A stretch of 64,000 bases of DNA from Lama glama (lineage: Eukaryota). The notes under the pieces are model-generated. The model saw only the letters and a program-made list of their open reading frames with translations, did not search any database and was not told the DNA's origin. Shown one piece after another: positions 50,230 to 62,478 of this stretch. The stretch's first letter is position 1. The number at the start of each line of letters is the position of its first letter. Where the stretch lies: contig CM052817.1 of assembly GCA_028534125.1 (NCBI GenBank), positions 6,822,001-6,886,000 on the forward strand, written 5' to 3'. Made by a program: the position numbers and the translations under genes.

Positions 50230-50850
50230 GTGAGCGTCAGAGTTAGAGTAAACTGGAGTTTGCTTGATAGGAATACAGTGCAGAGAGAGAATTCCAGGCA
50301 TGAGGGAGAGCATGAAATACCGCAAAGCTCAAAGGGAGCATGGCGCGTGTCCTAGAACTCCGTAGATCAGTATGCCTTTGTGGCAGACAGAAGAAGGAGG
50401 GAGAGGAAAAGTAGGGAGAAGACAGATACGCTGTGAATGTTGAATACAGCACTAAGGAGTTTGAGAGTTTGTTTGTTTGTTTTTTCCTTTTAGATGTTAG
50501 GGAGCTCAGGGGGATTTTTTTTAACATTATTTATTGAGTTATAGTCATTTTACAATGTTGTGTCAAATTCCAGTGTTCAGCACAATTTTTCAGTTATACA
50601 TGAACATATATATATTCATTGTCACTTTTTTTCTCCGTGAGCTACCACAAGGTCTTGTATATATTTCCCTGTGCTATACAGTATAATCTTGTTTATCTCA
50701 TCTGCATATGCCTGTCAGTATCTGCAAGACTGTAGGGTTAGCTTTCTGTCTCATAAAGGCTAGAGCATCATCTATGTGGAGGGTGGGCTCAAGGGGATCT
50801 AGGTAGGAAACCATTGTCACTGTGCAGATGGATTGTAAGGAGGCCGGCAT
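50230..50850 (-). mobile_element. L2 fragment split by an L1 insertion
   Basis: gaattccaggcatgagggagagcatg...cactaaggagtttg...ggaaaccattgtcactgtgcag. Confidence 0.6.
50516..50728 (-). mobile_element. Young camelid-type L1 3' UTR fragment
   Basis: tttattgagttatagtcattttacaatgttgtgtcaaattccag...cagtatctgcaa; related to 9013-9207. Confidence 0.9.
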
Positions 50851-51099
50851 CAGAGTTGTTTGTGATTATTCCATTAATTGATTCAGTGCTTAGCAGAAAA
50901 CAAGGGGCCAGCTAGATGCGAAAGATCTATCAGGGAACGTGTCAGTATTTCGGCCCTGCAACAATTTAGACTCCACAAGAGGGGCAGACAGACGAATGGG
51001 CACCTAGAAGCATCAGGCATTTCTCATGGTTACTCAGTCTTCAGTATCTTTAATGAGCGAAAGAGACCAGTAATTTCTCACTATTTCTAGACCTTCTGA

Positions 51100-51280
51100 G
51101 ATTTCCAAGCACGCTATTAATGTATTTTCTCACGTGAGCCTCACAAAAGCCGCTGTAAAAGAGGCAGATATCCTAGAAGGAGACTGAAGCTTATCCAGAG
51201 AAAATGACTTACCTTGAAACCCTAGGGGGTAGCCAGGGACAGTGTGGAGGGAAGCCTTCTAGTTTCTAGTATTTAGTGTT
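51100..51280 (-). mobile_element. MIR
   Basis: ttctcacgtgagcctcacaaaagccgctgtaa...ggagactgaagctta. Confidence 0.5.
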
Positions 51281-51701
51281 TATTCCAGGTCACTGCACAG
51301 CTTCCATTATTCACTGTTCTTTGGCATTTACTAGCATCTTCTTTATTTCCCATGACTCTTCAAATCCCAGTCGCGTACCCAGCACGAGGCCACCTGATCT
51401 CTCCTCTCCCATGGGTGTCCTGGTGAGCCCTAGCCTTTTGGAAGGTCAGCGACTGCCTGGCCCTGCTCCCTGGCGTCTGTGTCTTACTGATTCCTGTTTG
51501 TCTCAGTGCCCTCTGACCGCCACCTCCCCACCATCTAGTGTGTGTGTCCCAGATCCTGGGAACCTTCCGCTCCATTTGAAGGCCTTCTTCTCAGACCTGG
51601 ACTTAAACCGACTGAAGAGGACTCTAATGAAGTAGATTTTTCCCCAAGATAATGTTCCGTGTTAACTCTAAGTATAGGCACTTGGATTACACTGCTGTGC
51701 T

Positions 51702-51992
51702 TTATTTATTTTTATTTGCTTTCTCATTTTATTTTTATTGAAATACAGTCACTGCAGAATATTATGTAAGTTACAGGGGTACAGTAGAGTGATTTGCATT
51801 TTCAAAGGCTCTACTCTACTTGAAGTTATTATAAATTATTGGCTATATTCTCTGTGTTGTACCATGTATCCTTAAAGCTTATTTTATACCTAATCATTTG
51901 TGCCTATTAACCCCCAACCCCTATGTTACCCCCTGCCCCCCACCCTCTCCCCACCTGTAACCACTAGTTCATTCTCTATATCTGTGTGTCTG
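51702..51992 (-). mobile_element. L1 3' terminus (artiodactyl-type)
   Basis: ttttattgaaatacagtc...ttggctatattctctgtgttgtac...gtaaccactagttcattctctatatctgtg. Confidence 0.85.
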
Positions 51993-52179
51993 AGTACTCT
52001 AAAATTCTTAAATTTTTTAAATTTTAAATTTAAAAAATGTTTAATGGCCCTCAATTGCAATTGCATTATTTGTAATCTTTGGTCATGGAATTTATATTGG
52101 TGCATGGAATTCTTTCTTTAAAAATTTTAAAAGATGACTAAGTTGTTTACTTGAAATGGGGCCATAAACATCCATGAAG

Positions 52180-53170
52180 CCACAAATCAAGGCGAGACCC
52201 GGACACTAACTGCAAGGATTCCTCTGTTCACCTCACTGCACCTCGAGTAACCACCACTCCAAAGTCTCTGTGTTTCATTGCTTTGCTTTCCCATTTATGT
52301 ATGGTATTTCAAGAAATCACTTATTTTAAAATGTTTTCTTTTTAATTTTTTTAACTTTATTACTTTTGTTTGTTTTGAGGTGGATAATTAGGTTTATTTT
52401 TTTTTTAATGGACCGAACCCAGGACCTCATGCATGCTAAGCATGCAATCTACCACTGGGCCATACCTTCCCCTCAAGAAATCATTTATTTTAAATGTATT
52501 GTTTTTAACTTAAAAAAAGGATTTACATTGTACATTGTATTTTGCAACTTAGTTTTTCATTTAGACATATTGCTATGGTTCATCCATATCATTATGTTCT
52601 TGTGACCTTGTTTATTTTTAAGGCTCTGATACCATTAACTAAATATACAACAGATTATTCTAATATTCTGTCTGTGGGCATCAGGTTGTTTCAAGATTTT
52701 TGCTAATCTCAAAGATTCTGTTGTGTGCATTATGGGGCTTATGTCTGGTGAACATGTTTAAAAGATTCCCTCGGTTCTGCATGTAGCAGTAAAATTCCCA
52801 CTTTATGTGGTAATTGAAGGTACAATTTACTATTATAACTCCCAATTATTTTTTTAGGTGATTGAACCAACCTACACATCCACCAGTAATATACAAGATC
52901 CTGTGAACTTTTATCTTTCCAACACTTAATATTATCAGACTTCTTAACTTTTGTTAATCGAATGAGCATAAACTGGAGTGCATTTTGGTCTTGAATTTCA
53001 TTTTCCCCAACACTAATGGGGTTGAATATTTCCTTGTGTTCTATAAACCATATGAATTTTCTAATCACGACAAACACCTTCAAATGACCTACCCATATTT
53101 CTGTTGGGTGGTTGTGCTTTTCTTATTAACTTGTATAAGTTCTTAATTTTTTGTTGCTTATATGACATGC
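52180..53170 (-). mobile_element. Ancient L1ME-like 3' region hosting a SINE
   Basis: accaacctacacatccaccagtaatatacaagat...ccaacacttaatattatcagacttctt. Confidence 0.7.
52334..52472 (-). mobile_element. tRNA-Ala-derived camelid SINE (vic-1 type) with long TSD
   Basis: gaacccaggacctcatgcatgctaagcatgcaatctaccactgggccatac; TSD tcaagaaatcaYttatttt at 52309-27 and 52473-91. Confidence 0.92.
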
Positions 53171-53184
53171 ATTGTCTCAGTCTG

Positions 53185-53350
53185 TGGCTGGACTTTAGGA
53201 GTCAGCACGACATCTTGCAACAGGTACTAGTTTGGAGACAGCCTGACCTGGTAAATTCTAGTGTTGGCACCTACTCAGCATGTGGCAATAGCTGGCCTGT
53301 GGTTACTGGGCACCTCTTGGCTTCAGTTACCATGTACCAAGTGCTCATGA
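53185..53350 (+). mobile_element. MIR (degraded)
   Basis: ttggagacagcctgacctgg...gctggcctgtggttactgggcacctcttggcttcagtt. Confidence 0.5.
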
Positions 53351-53379
53351 CATCACGCTGATGATGACAGTTAGGAATC

Positions 53380-53740
53380 AAAGAGTATTACTGAGTTCTT
53401 ATTATATGCCAGACTGTGCCAGGCCCTAGGAAGAAAGAGATGACGTATTCCCTGACCTCACGTGGAACACGGCGTCATGTGAGGAGGACGAGGGAACAAC
53501 TATTGTCAAGTGTAGTTGTGTGATGCAACAGACAAGGACGGCTGCTAGAGGACATCTTACGTGGGCATCCAACCTAGAATGACCTTCGGCAGGGAAGGCT
53601 GGCACTCCAGGCATTTATTTATTCAATCACCCATTCATTCCTCATCTATTCATCAAATAGATAATGAATGTCAACTATGCACCAAGTACCTTACAATACA
53701 CTATAAGTGTTACAGATAGAATTAATATGATTTAGTCAAT
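53380..53740 (-). mobile_element. Two L2 3' end fragments
   Basis: tattactgagttcttattatatgccagactgtgccagg; attcattcctcatctattcatcaaatagataatgaatgtcaactatgcacca. Confidence 0.6.
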
Positions 53741-53898
53741 GATTAGGTTTGGGAAGAGAGAAAGAATTAAAGAATTCCAGGCTTTTCAACTATGTCTAAT
53801 GGATTTACCCTTTGTCACTATTTAGGCTTCAGTTTCATCTGTGTTAATTCTGAGGGCCTCTGCCCTAGTAAGTTGTCTGTTCTTTAATAAAATTACTA

Positions 53899-54225
53899 CG
53901 TCAGATTAGATTTTTGTTCTCAATCCTTCACTCTCTTCCTGCAGTGGGATCACGTGGCCCCCCTTGCCTGTCATGTGGCTTGCCCTATGGGAAGAGTATA
54001 AACTCATGCCTCTTTGATGTGGGTTTGGCCATGTGACATCCCATGACATCAGTAGGACTAAGCAGAGGATATTTTCTGTGTCAGAGTAAGTACGTCAAGT
54101 GTCATCACACTTTACAGCTCAGTTTCTCTTGCATTTCTGCCCACAGTCCCAGTAGGAAATGCTCCTACAGTCTGGGTGCCAGAAGAAGAGATACCAGGGG
54201 CCAATCTGGCCTCAGACCCTGCTGC
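53899..54225 (+). mobile_element. MaLR LTR 5' part (MLT1H/I-like)
   Basis: ctcaatccttcactctcttcctg...gatgtgggtttggccatgtgac...cagtctgggtgccagaagaaga. Confidence 0.65.
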
Positions 54226-54284
54226 AGTCCTGGTCATTCTTCATGGCTACTCAAACATCCCATCCTCCAGAAAGCCTTTGCCGC

Positions 54285-54460
54285 ACTTGCTTACTTGTTT
54301 TGTGTCTCCCTAGTCTCCCACCTGACCATGTCCTCCTTAAACTCAAAGACCCATCACTTCCATTGTTCTGTCCTTGTCCATCAGCATAGTGTTTGGTACA
54401 GGGGAAGTACTCAGCAAGGGGTTGTTGAATGGATGTGAGGCTGGATGAGTGATGCATGAA
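54285..54460 (+). mobile_element. L2 3' end
   Basis: cagcatagtgtttggtacaggggaagtactcagcaaggggttgttgaatggatg. Confidence 0.65.
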
Positions 54461-55029
54461 CGCCTGACTGAGAGCCATGGGATATCCAGAAGAGCAGACT
54501 TCGATTCTCATGGACAAACCTTCTAGTTTTGCTTTTCACACACATTCAGTCCTAAGTACTGAGTTTCATAAATGACTCAGTGATCTACAAAAGAAAGGTA
54601 AGTGTGGCCAGACTGTGTATAAATACTCACATAACAAGAGTTAGTTCCAAAAGGGCACACTCAAAAGTGTCTTTGTCATAAACAGCACATCTCGATGATG
54701 ATAGTTCCTTGTATTTTGATCGTTTCATTATTCCTTCATTCTTTCAGTCAACAAATATTCATAGAATAACTCTTATGTATTATAGCCCAAGTTCCTCTAG
54801 CAGTTGAGTAACTGAGTACCCAAAAGGGGGAAAAGACTTGTCTTTTCCAAAATTAATAGCTCATGACTTAAAAATTAGTGATCTTTGCGGGATAGGGGAC
54901 TTCATGGAAACAAACTATGTTGTTAGTTTTCTAGAAGACTCTGGTTTTTATACTTACAAGTTTAATATTGACAGAAGGAAGCAAATTCTGCACTCATAAC
55001 AATTAGAACTCTAGTGCATTTGGATACGT

Positions 55030-55102
55030 ATGTGTGCAGGTGTGTGTGTCTGTATCTGAGTATAGTGTTTGCGTGTGTGTGTGTGAGAGAGAGAGAGAGA
55101 GA
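55030..55102. repeat. Compound (GT)n(GA)n microsatellite
   Basis: Seen directly. Confidence 0.9.
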
Positions 55103-55259
55103 CCCCCGAATCAGAAATTCCACCTTCCAGAGCAAAAGTGCCCTTTATGTATATCTATTCACACATACTGGTAATATTTGAATTATCTTTCAAGTTGAGA
55201 AAGTATTTTAAAATTTATTATTTTATCCTGATGCTTTAAGCCTAGCAGTTAAGATTTTC

Positions 55260-55586
55260 TTCCCATATAGTCCAGGTGCCATTTAAACTACTATTTTTTT
55301 TTCTCTATGTCCCAGGGCAGGGGAGTCTGAGCTCAGGCCCCTCAGTGATATCCCTCCTTATTGTAGTTCTCTGAATTGGGGTGGGGTTTCCAAGGATACC
55401 ACGTCTCCGTCTTTCCTATTTGGTCCTATGTGGTCCCTCCCTCCCTCCCTTTATGTGCGGAAGCTATTCAATCAGACCTCAGGTCTCCTTAAGGAAAGGC
55501 TTCTCTGTATGGAGGCGGAGATTCCGTGTGTCAGTGGGAGGAGGGGGGTTCAGGGTCTTCCTATGCCACCACCTCGGACCCCTCTC
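55260..55586 (-). mobile_element. Isolated L1 5' UTR terminus (L1M3-like)
   Basis: Reverse complement gagaggggtccgaggtggtggcataggaagaccctgaacccccctcctcccactgacacac resembles the L1 start (caagatggcggcgtaggaagaccctgaactcacctcctccc). Confidence 0.75.
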
Positions 55587-55799
55587 ACTATTTTATGTTG
55601 TAGACAAAGATGCCCTAATCCTTTTCATTTCAGAAAATGTAACTGAAATAAATATGAAGACCAACATGGATTGAGGGATTTCAGTGTGTCGGGCTGATCA
55701 ATGTATCTTACAGATTTTTAACTCAGTTAATCCTCAAGTCAACTACAAGAGTAAACTCTATTAATACTTATTAATAATTTTGTCAATCTTATAATCAAT

Positions 55800-55945
55800 T
55801 AATATCATCAGCATTAAACAGATGAGGCAATTGAAGTATAGAATATTTGAATGCCTGCCCAAGGCCACACACATGGCTGATAAATTGCCACACTAGGATT
55901 TGAGCCCTGTCATTCTGGTTCCAGGGACGAAGTCCTAACTATTCC
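55800..55945 (-). mobile_element. MIR
   Basis: acagatgaggcaattgaag...tgcccaaggccacaca...ctaggatttgagccc. Confidence 0.8.
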
Positions 55946-56064
55946 AAGACGCTGATGCTGTCTCAGCCATTATTATTCAACCTCTAGGTGGAAAATCAAA
56001 CTTTAACTTTTGACTCAAAATCTGGCACTTTAATTATTCCGTTTTATTAAGCCACGTGTCCCTG

Positions 56065-56265
56065 GTAGCAATTGCAGTTTACAAAAGCACACTTACCATT
56101 AACTTTTTATTTGCAGCTCAGTGACTGCATGAGACACATACAATTACTCTCTTCCACTTCAAAGGTGGAAAACTGGGTCTCAGGCTCAGAGTGTTCAAAG
56201 GACTCACCCAGGATCACACCAGCAGTTAGCAGCAGTCCTGAGATTGGAAACCAAGACACAGGGCT
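56065..56265 (-). mobile_element. MIR
   Basis: cagtttacaaaagcac...ggaaaactgggtctcag...cccaggatcacacc. Confidence 0.65.
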
Positions 56266-57685
56266 CCTAAACTAATATGAAATCTGTGGGCTTTGAGTTC
56301 ATGCTATTCTGAGTGAGCTTTATGTATAAGTGTGGTGTCATTTCTAACCTCATCCAAATAAAATGATGAATTAGATAAACCAAAGTGACTCAGAGTTTCT
56401 CTACAAAGAAGCCATGATCACAGCCCCACTCACAGTGCTGGGACGGATCTCATGGAAACGGGAAGGATGTAGGTGATGGCAAAGTTTGGAGATTTGCAGG
56501 TGAGAATGCCACCTGCAGCCGCCATGGGCCAGGGAGCTGGTGTCTCAATGAAAACAGAAACAGTGGAGATTCACAGTGCCAGCAGCCAGGGAGGGTGAGG
56601 CCTACAGAAGGAAATGTGCGGTCCCTTGTTGGAATTAACTGAGAAAGGTACCGATAGGCACCATTTCATTAAAAATGCTGCAGCAGCCTGACGGTAGTTA
56701 ACCCTTTGGTAAGTTAGCTTCATTTCTACGGTAGGTTAAATATAGCTCGCCTTTGCATCAGGATGACAGACTGACCCATTTCATGTGCAAATCGCATGCA
56801 CTTAACTTGGGCTGTGCTGAGCTGTGCTATTGCTGAGTTATCTGAAGTCTGAGGCCTGCTCTTCAGCAGCATTGCTGAAATTGCACAATTTCGGGGTAAC
56901 TTCAATCACTAATGAGTTCAGGTCCTTCTTTTTTTTTTTTTTTTTTTTTTTTCCTCAGTCAGTTTTCTCTTACACCCTGAGCCATCCAATCATTCCAGCT
57001 AAAAATTCCAAACCTCGATCTGCTGGTTACCTGACATTTTCTAGAGCCTGTCCACCGGCATTTTCTCCCAGGCTCCCGACAAAAAATGAAGAGTGAGTAC
57101 CACTGTTTCTCTCTTAGAGAGGAAGACACCGGGGAGAATTGTAGCTGCTTGCCTGCGGTCACACAGTGAATGCGTAGCCCTCTCTGATGCGAATGCAGGA
57201 GTTGCAGGACGCTGGGTCTCAATAATAGAGATGCAGACAGTTCTGCCAAAGAGTAGTAACAAGAATGTAAACACAAGGGTGTGAAGCAATTCAGCTACTC
57301 ACCATCCTGCCCTAGTGAGTTCAGAGCCACCTCTCTTAATGCCCCCCTATTAATTATCTCATCCTGACCGAGGATAAGATAAAGCCCACTGTCCTCGATG
57401 TGACTTTCATTGTCTGGCTCTTGCCTGTGCCAGCAGTCTTATGCCCCACCCGTGGCCTGTCCACACTGCGCCTTCCATCCCACGGAACGCATTGTCATTC
57501 CAAACCACAGCTGGGCTCTCTCCTGCCCCTGCGTGCATTCTTCTTCTGACTGCCCTGCTACCTCTATCCCTACACCTGGTGAAAATCATTATATTGTGGT
57601 TATTCAGCCCTTGTGTCAACTAATTACAGACACACTTTTGATTCTCACTCTGTCCAGGTATAGTATTAGGTCCCCGAGGTCTAGA

Positions 57686-57790
57686 TCAGCGACCAGTTGA
57701 GCTGGTGAGCCACGGACTAAGGAGTCTCCTAGGTTTTGAGACTTTCAGCTCTAAAAATAGGATGCTTCTAAGGAAACAGCTGTTCATCCA
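57686..57790 (+). mobile_element. MER81/MER94-like hAT-Blackjack MITE
   Basis: ggactaaggagtctcctaggttttgagactttcagctctaaaaatagga resembles the MER81 core. Confidence 0.55.
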
Positions 57791-58399
57791 AGATCTCGGA
57801 GGGACAAGTTGACCTCAGTGTCACCCCCTCATCCCTGGGCTTTGAGATCTTGCCTTCTCTGGTCCTTTGGTCCTTATCTCCACGTGATTTCATTGCTCTA
57901 ATTGTCTTCTTCTAAAATGGCCATCTTTTAAAAAGACTATGAAACCTCGTTGGTTAGGACAGAGGGTGTGGACCTGGCTTTACTGCCCCTGGCTTCTGGC
58001 TCTCAGCCTGGCACACGGTGAGTGTTCTTTAAGCGCTTGGCAAATGATTTTGCCGGAGAGAACCACCGTTCCCCCAAGGGACTCAGAAATTGAATAGTGG
58101 GTGTTTTCATAAGACGAAAGTATTCTATACCCTGAGAATACTGAGGGGACATTTCCTGAACCCTGATAAGCTCCATTCCCTAGGGTTCTTGAAACTTCTT
58201 TAGGAAAGCAAATTGGGACAGAATCAGTTCAGAGAGTTATATAAAATTGATATGCCTAAAAGGGACACAAAGAGGAAGGACTGTCAAGGGAAGAATTAGA
58301 ATGAGGAATAAGGAGAGTGTGTGTGTGGGAGCAGAGAATAATGAATGGTATAATTAATGTGCTTTTTTAATTCAAAATACTTGACGGCTACATCAAGGA

Positions 58400-59125
58400 T
58401 ACAGTGATGCTCAAGGGAAAAAAACAGCTAAATCTATCCACAAAAAATGGCACCTTGCTCAGGAGATATTACAGGCAAGTCTCAGCAAACAGTCAGGATT
58501 TCGAAGGATTAATTCTAAACTTACACAAAACACTCCAGAGAATGGGCAAACAGATTATCCACCTGACTTTATTTTATGAGGCTGAGATAAAATCTTGGTA
58601 TCAAACCAAAGACAGATAATAAATAAAAATGATACAGCAATCTCACTTATGGACATAGATGTAAACATTTTAAACAAAATATTATCAAATTGATTCCAGT
58701 GATATACGATCAAAATCAAGACTGCTTTGGGTATATTCTGGGAATGCTGGCATGGCTTAACATTAGAAAATCTTTAATGTAATTCACCTTATTAATTCAC
58801 TAAAGGAGATACATCATAAAATCACTTCCATAGATTCAAGAAAAATGCTGGTGAAATTTGCTAAATTAATTTTCTTAAAAAACTAATAGAAAACATAACA
58901 CCTTGAGAAAAAAAAATATATATAGGTAAATCCTTCAGATTTCAGAAGGATATTTTTCATACATAACACAGAAGCACAAATTATAATATAATGAGTTCTG
59001 TATCAAAGACATCATAGAAATGGGAAAAGAAGAGCCATTAACTGGAAGAACACATTTCATATATACGTGTGTGTGTATATATATGTATATACAGCCAACA
59101 AAAGACTAGAATTCACAATATGGAA
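58400..59125 (+). mobile_element. Ancient L1 ORF2 fragments
   Basis: ttttatgaggctgagataaaatcttggtatcaaacca; caatctcacttatggacatagatgtaaacatttt ([12 protein letters not shown]). Confidence 0.75.
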
Positions 59126-59456
59126 AAATCCTGGCCCATATCCCTGTCTTAGCACTGGCATATGAATGTAGACGTTTGCTTATTTTCCTCACTTATTTTA
59201 AGAAACAATGTGCAACATGACGTGAGTTAGGTCTAGACAATTTTTGTAACCCCAAAACCTAGCCTGGTACCTGGCAAATATTGGTACATGGACAATGCTT
59301 TCAGAATGATTAGAAGTATGAACTGTAGAACAAATCGGCCAGCCCCCAGCATAGCTGGTCCGTCATGTACACGATATTGTGCTGAATCCCCTTCGGTCAC
59401 TTACAAAGAGTTGGGCATCCACAGCCCTCAGGGGTTTAGGTTGAAAGAATGCAAAG

Positions 59457-59829
59457 TGTTTTAGTCAGATCAGGCTGCCTGAACAGAACCACAGCTGGGG
59501 TGGTTTAAATACAAACATTTATTCCTTATTATCCTGGAGGCTAGAAAGTCCAAGACCAAGGCGTGGGCAGGTCCAGTGTCCAGGAAGCGGCCTCCTTCTG
59601 TTCTGCACATGGCAGCCTTCTAATTGCACCCTCACATGGCCAAGAGCAGAGAGAGGGGAAGCAAGTTCTCTGGCATCTCTTCTTATAAGGGCGCTGGTCT
59701 CATCCATGAGGAGTCCACCCTCGTGACCTAACTGCCTCCCAAATGTCACACCTCTTAATACCACCCCACTGGGGGCCAGGGTTTCAAAGCTTGGATCTGA
59801 GGGAGCACACAAACACATAGTCTATAGCA
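59457..59829 (-). mobile_element. MaLR solo LTR (MLT1A0-like), full length
   Basis: tgttttagtcagatcaggctgc...ctcttcttataagggc...cacaaacacatagtctatagca. Confidence 0.9.
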
Positions 59830-60444
59830 CATACCAACTAGAGCCAACTTCAGCAGAAAAAGTTGTTTACTGAAAAGATACGGAGTGATTGGCAAATATC
59901 CAGGAAGGTTGGAGAACCAGCCTCAGAAAGTGACAGAAATGAGGAGAGGCTTGTTAGCCAGAACCACAGTGCAAACAGAGCGACAGAACTGGTCCGAGGA
60001 GAGCCTGAGTGTGGTATCCCCTGCTGCCTGCATTGCACGCAAGACCCCCACTGCACGTGGACCGCCTCCGGTAATTAGACGTTCCTGCTCAGCCCACTGC
60101 CCATCGGAAAGTACAATCCTTCACTCCCATCACTAATCCCAGGTCCACGTTTCTGGGCTGATGAGTGAATTTGCAGACTTTACCCTTCACTTCCCTGGGA
60201 GCTTGGAAAGTTAAATCTGGGTCCCTATTAACCTGTAATGACAAGCAGGGGTTATGAAAGCAGGAGGAAAGAATTTAGGCTGTGGGCAACTAAGAAAGCG
60301 TTAGATGTCCACCAAATAGCCCTTCATATTTTGATCACTGAAACTTTGCCTTCTAGGTCTAAGGGTTTGGTCAGTTCAGCAAAGAGAAAGGGGGTCTCAG
60401 ATTCCTCTTTCAACATCCAACTTCAGCAACAACTGGCGATAAGC

Positions 60445-60625
60445 CCAGAGGTTCTCAACAGGAGTGGTTGTTCCCCACCTAAGAAGCATTTGGAAATATG
60501 TGAAGACTTTTTTTTCAATTCATTGTGAGGTCTTACTGGAATTGGACAGTGGGAGGGGGATGGGAAACCACCTGCAGTACACAGAACACTCCACGCAGCA
60601 ACGTGCTGTCCCGCTTGCCATGCCC
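60445..60625 (+). mobile_element. MER20-like hAT-Charlie fragment
   Basis: cagaggttctcaacagg...catttggaaatatgtgaagacttttt. Confidence 0.65.
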
Positions 60626-61387
60626 ATGGAGTCCTGGGGAGTGTGGGACCTCATCCTCCACTGGGCAGCTGTCACTGCCCTGCACAGCTAGTGCCACGCT
60701 CCCCATGGGGGCCCAGAGCCAAGCTCCCTGAGGCCTTGGGGGATCCCAGAAGCAAACTTCGTTATCTGCATCAGGCAAGAAGAAGGAAAAATAGGTTGAG
60801 CTAAAAATATACCCATAACAGAGTCAGATGTAGATGTGGGATCTGGTCTATTACACTTAAACTCCTCCTGAATTAAGGCAGCCCTCTGAGAGTAGGTCAG
60901 GTCTCAGGCTGCAGACCTGAGAAGTGCCCGGACTCCCGGCTGCTCAGCCCACCCCCAGGTGTCGGGGGAAACTTCCTCTTCGTGTGAACTCGCTAGCATC
61001 TCCATTGCCTTTCCTTTTTAACGCTATTTCTTTGTGTGTGTATGTGTGGTAACATACAAGGTAGGAAGATTTTATCAAATACAGTTCTTTCACGTGCTGG
61101 GTTGATGTGTACCTTTGTGGCACTAATGGCGGTCATTCACAGCTGTGGCTGATTTTAGTGACTGCAGTGTTTGTTCTGAATTAAATACAAATATGCACAC
61201 ATATATAAAATATATATGTACATACATATAAACATATATCTAAACTCTCTTGAATATGTATGATATTAGCATCCTTAATCTTAGTGTTCAAGGGTTTTTT
61301 GTGATATTGCTTATGGAATTGTAAAGTAACTAGAATTCTCAGTTATAACTTCCAGCACTCTTTTCCCTACAGAAGTAATAAAAAAAA

Positions 61388-61580
61388 GTCATCATAATAA
61401 TAACTAATGTTTGCACGGTGCTTGATGGTTTATGGAACATGTTCAAATCTTACACACCAATGAAGTAGATATTACTAATAATGCTGCTACAGTTACAGAG
61501 TTCAAATCACGTGCACAGAGCAATGCATCTTACACAAGTCGGAGCCAAGATATGAGGCTAGCTTTTGCGTCGTTCAAACC
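61388..61580 (-). mobile_element. MIR
   Basis: aataataactaatgtttgcacggtgctt...tgaagtagatattact...gtcggagccaagatatga. Confidence 0.6.
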
Positions 61581-62478
61581 TTCGTTCTTCACAGCCTGCC
61601 AATTGCTTCTACTGAAAGTTATTTTGAAAACTCTGACCTCATTTCTAAGGGGAAAATCCAGTATCTCCTTCCTCTTCAAGGGACAGAACCTCAAAAATGT
61701 TTATTCTTTACTCATTTAGTATCTTTAAATTCGAGGAAGAGAAAACGCAATAAAAACAACAACATAATTAGATTAAAACACATTTCTCTTCTTCCTGTTT
61801 ATACACATGACTTGTTTCAGGACAGGCATCCAAGGTGAAAGGGGACCATTTAACTCAAAACAACATGGATAACATACAAAACCATTGAACAGCAGCCGTG
61901 GACACAGTAGTGTATGCAGGAAGCCTCCTCTGTCGTTTGATGATGTCCTGAGCTGGAGGCAATTTAAACAGCACACAGGAGGAGGATGGTGGAAGAAAAC
62001 ACATTAGCTATATTAACTTAATTTTCAATAAAAAAGGATTCTCAGGCTCCTTAAAGAAAAGATTGCAATAATGGACATAAAATTAAGATATCGTTCTGAT
62101 GAAAGCAATAGCTCCAGTGTGGTTTTCCATGTCCAAGGTGATGTCTGGAGTATTTGATTGCTCAGATCTGGTCTGGTCCACTTATCAAGAATCTGATTTC
62201 TTCGATGGGTTGAGCATATATTTAAATGCTGAGCTTCCTTACAGAATTTTTACATCTGAAACATTAACATAAAAAAGTAAAATCAACCATATGATATAAT
62301 TTATCACTCTTGTAATTCCTGTGTTTGTTGGCGTCAACATTTAATCGGTTATCAACATTTTTAGATAAAGGCAATTTTTATACATTTGATCCTAAAACAT
62401 ATACATGTATATGTATTTTATTTTATTTATTTATTATTTAATTGAAGTATAGTCCATTTACAGTGTTGTATTAATTTC

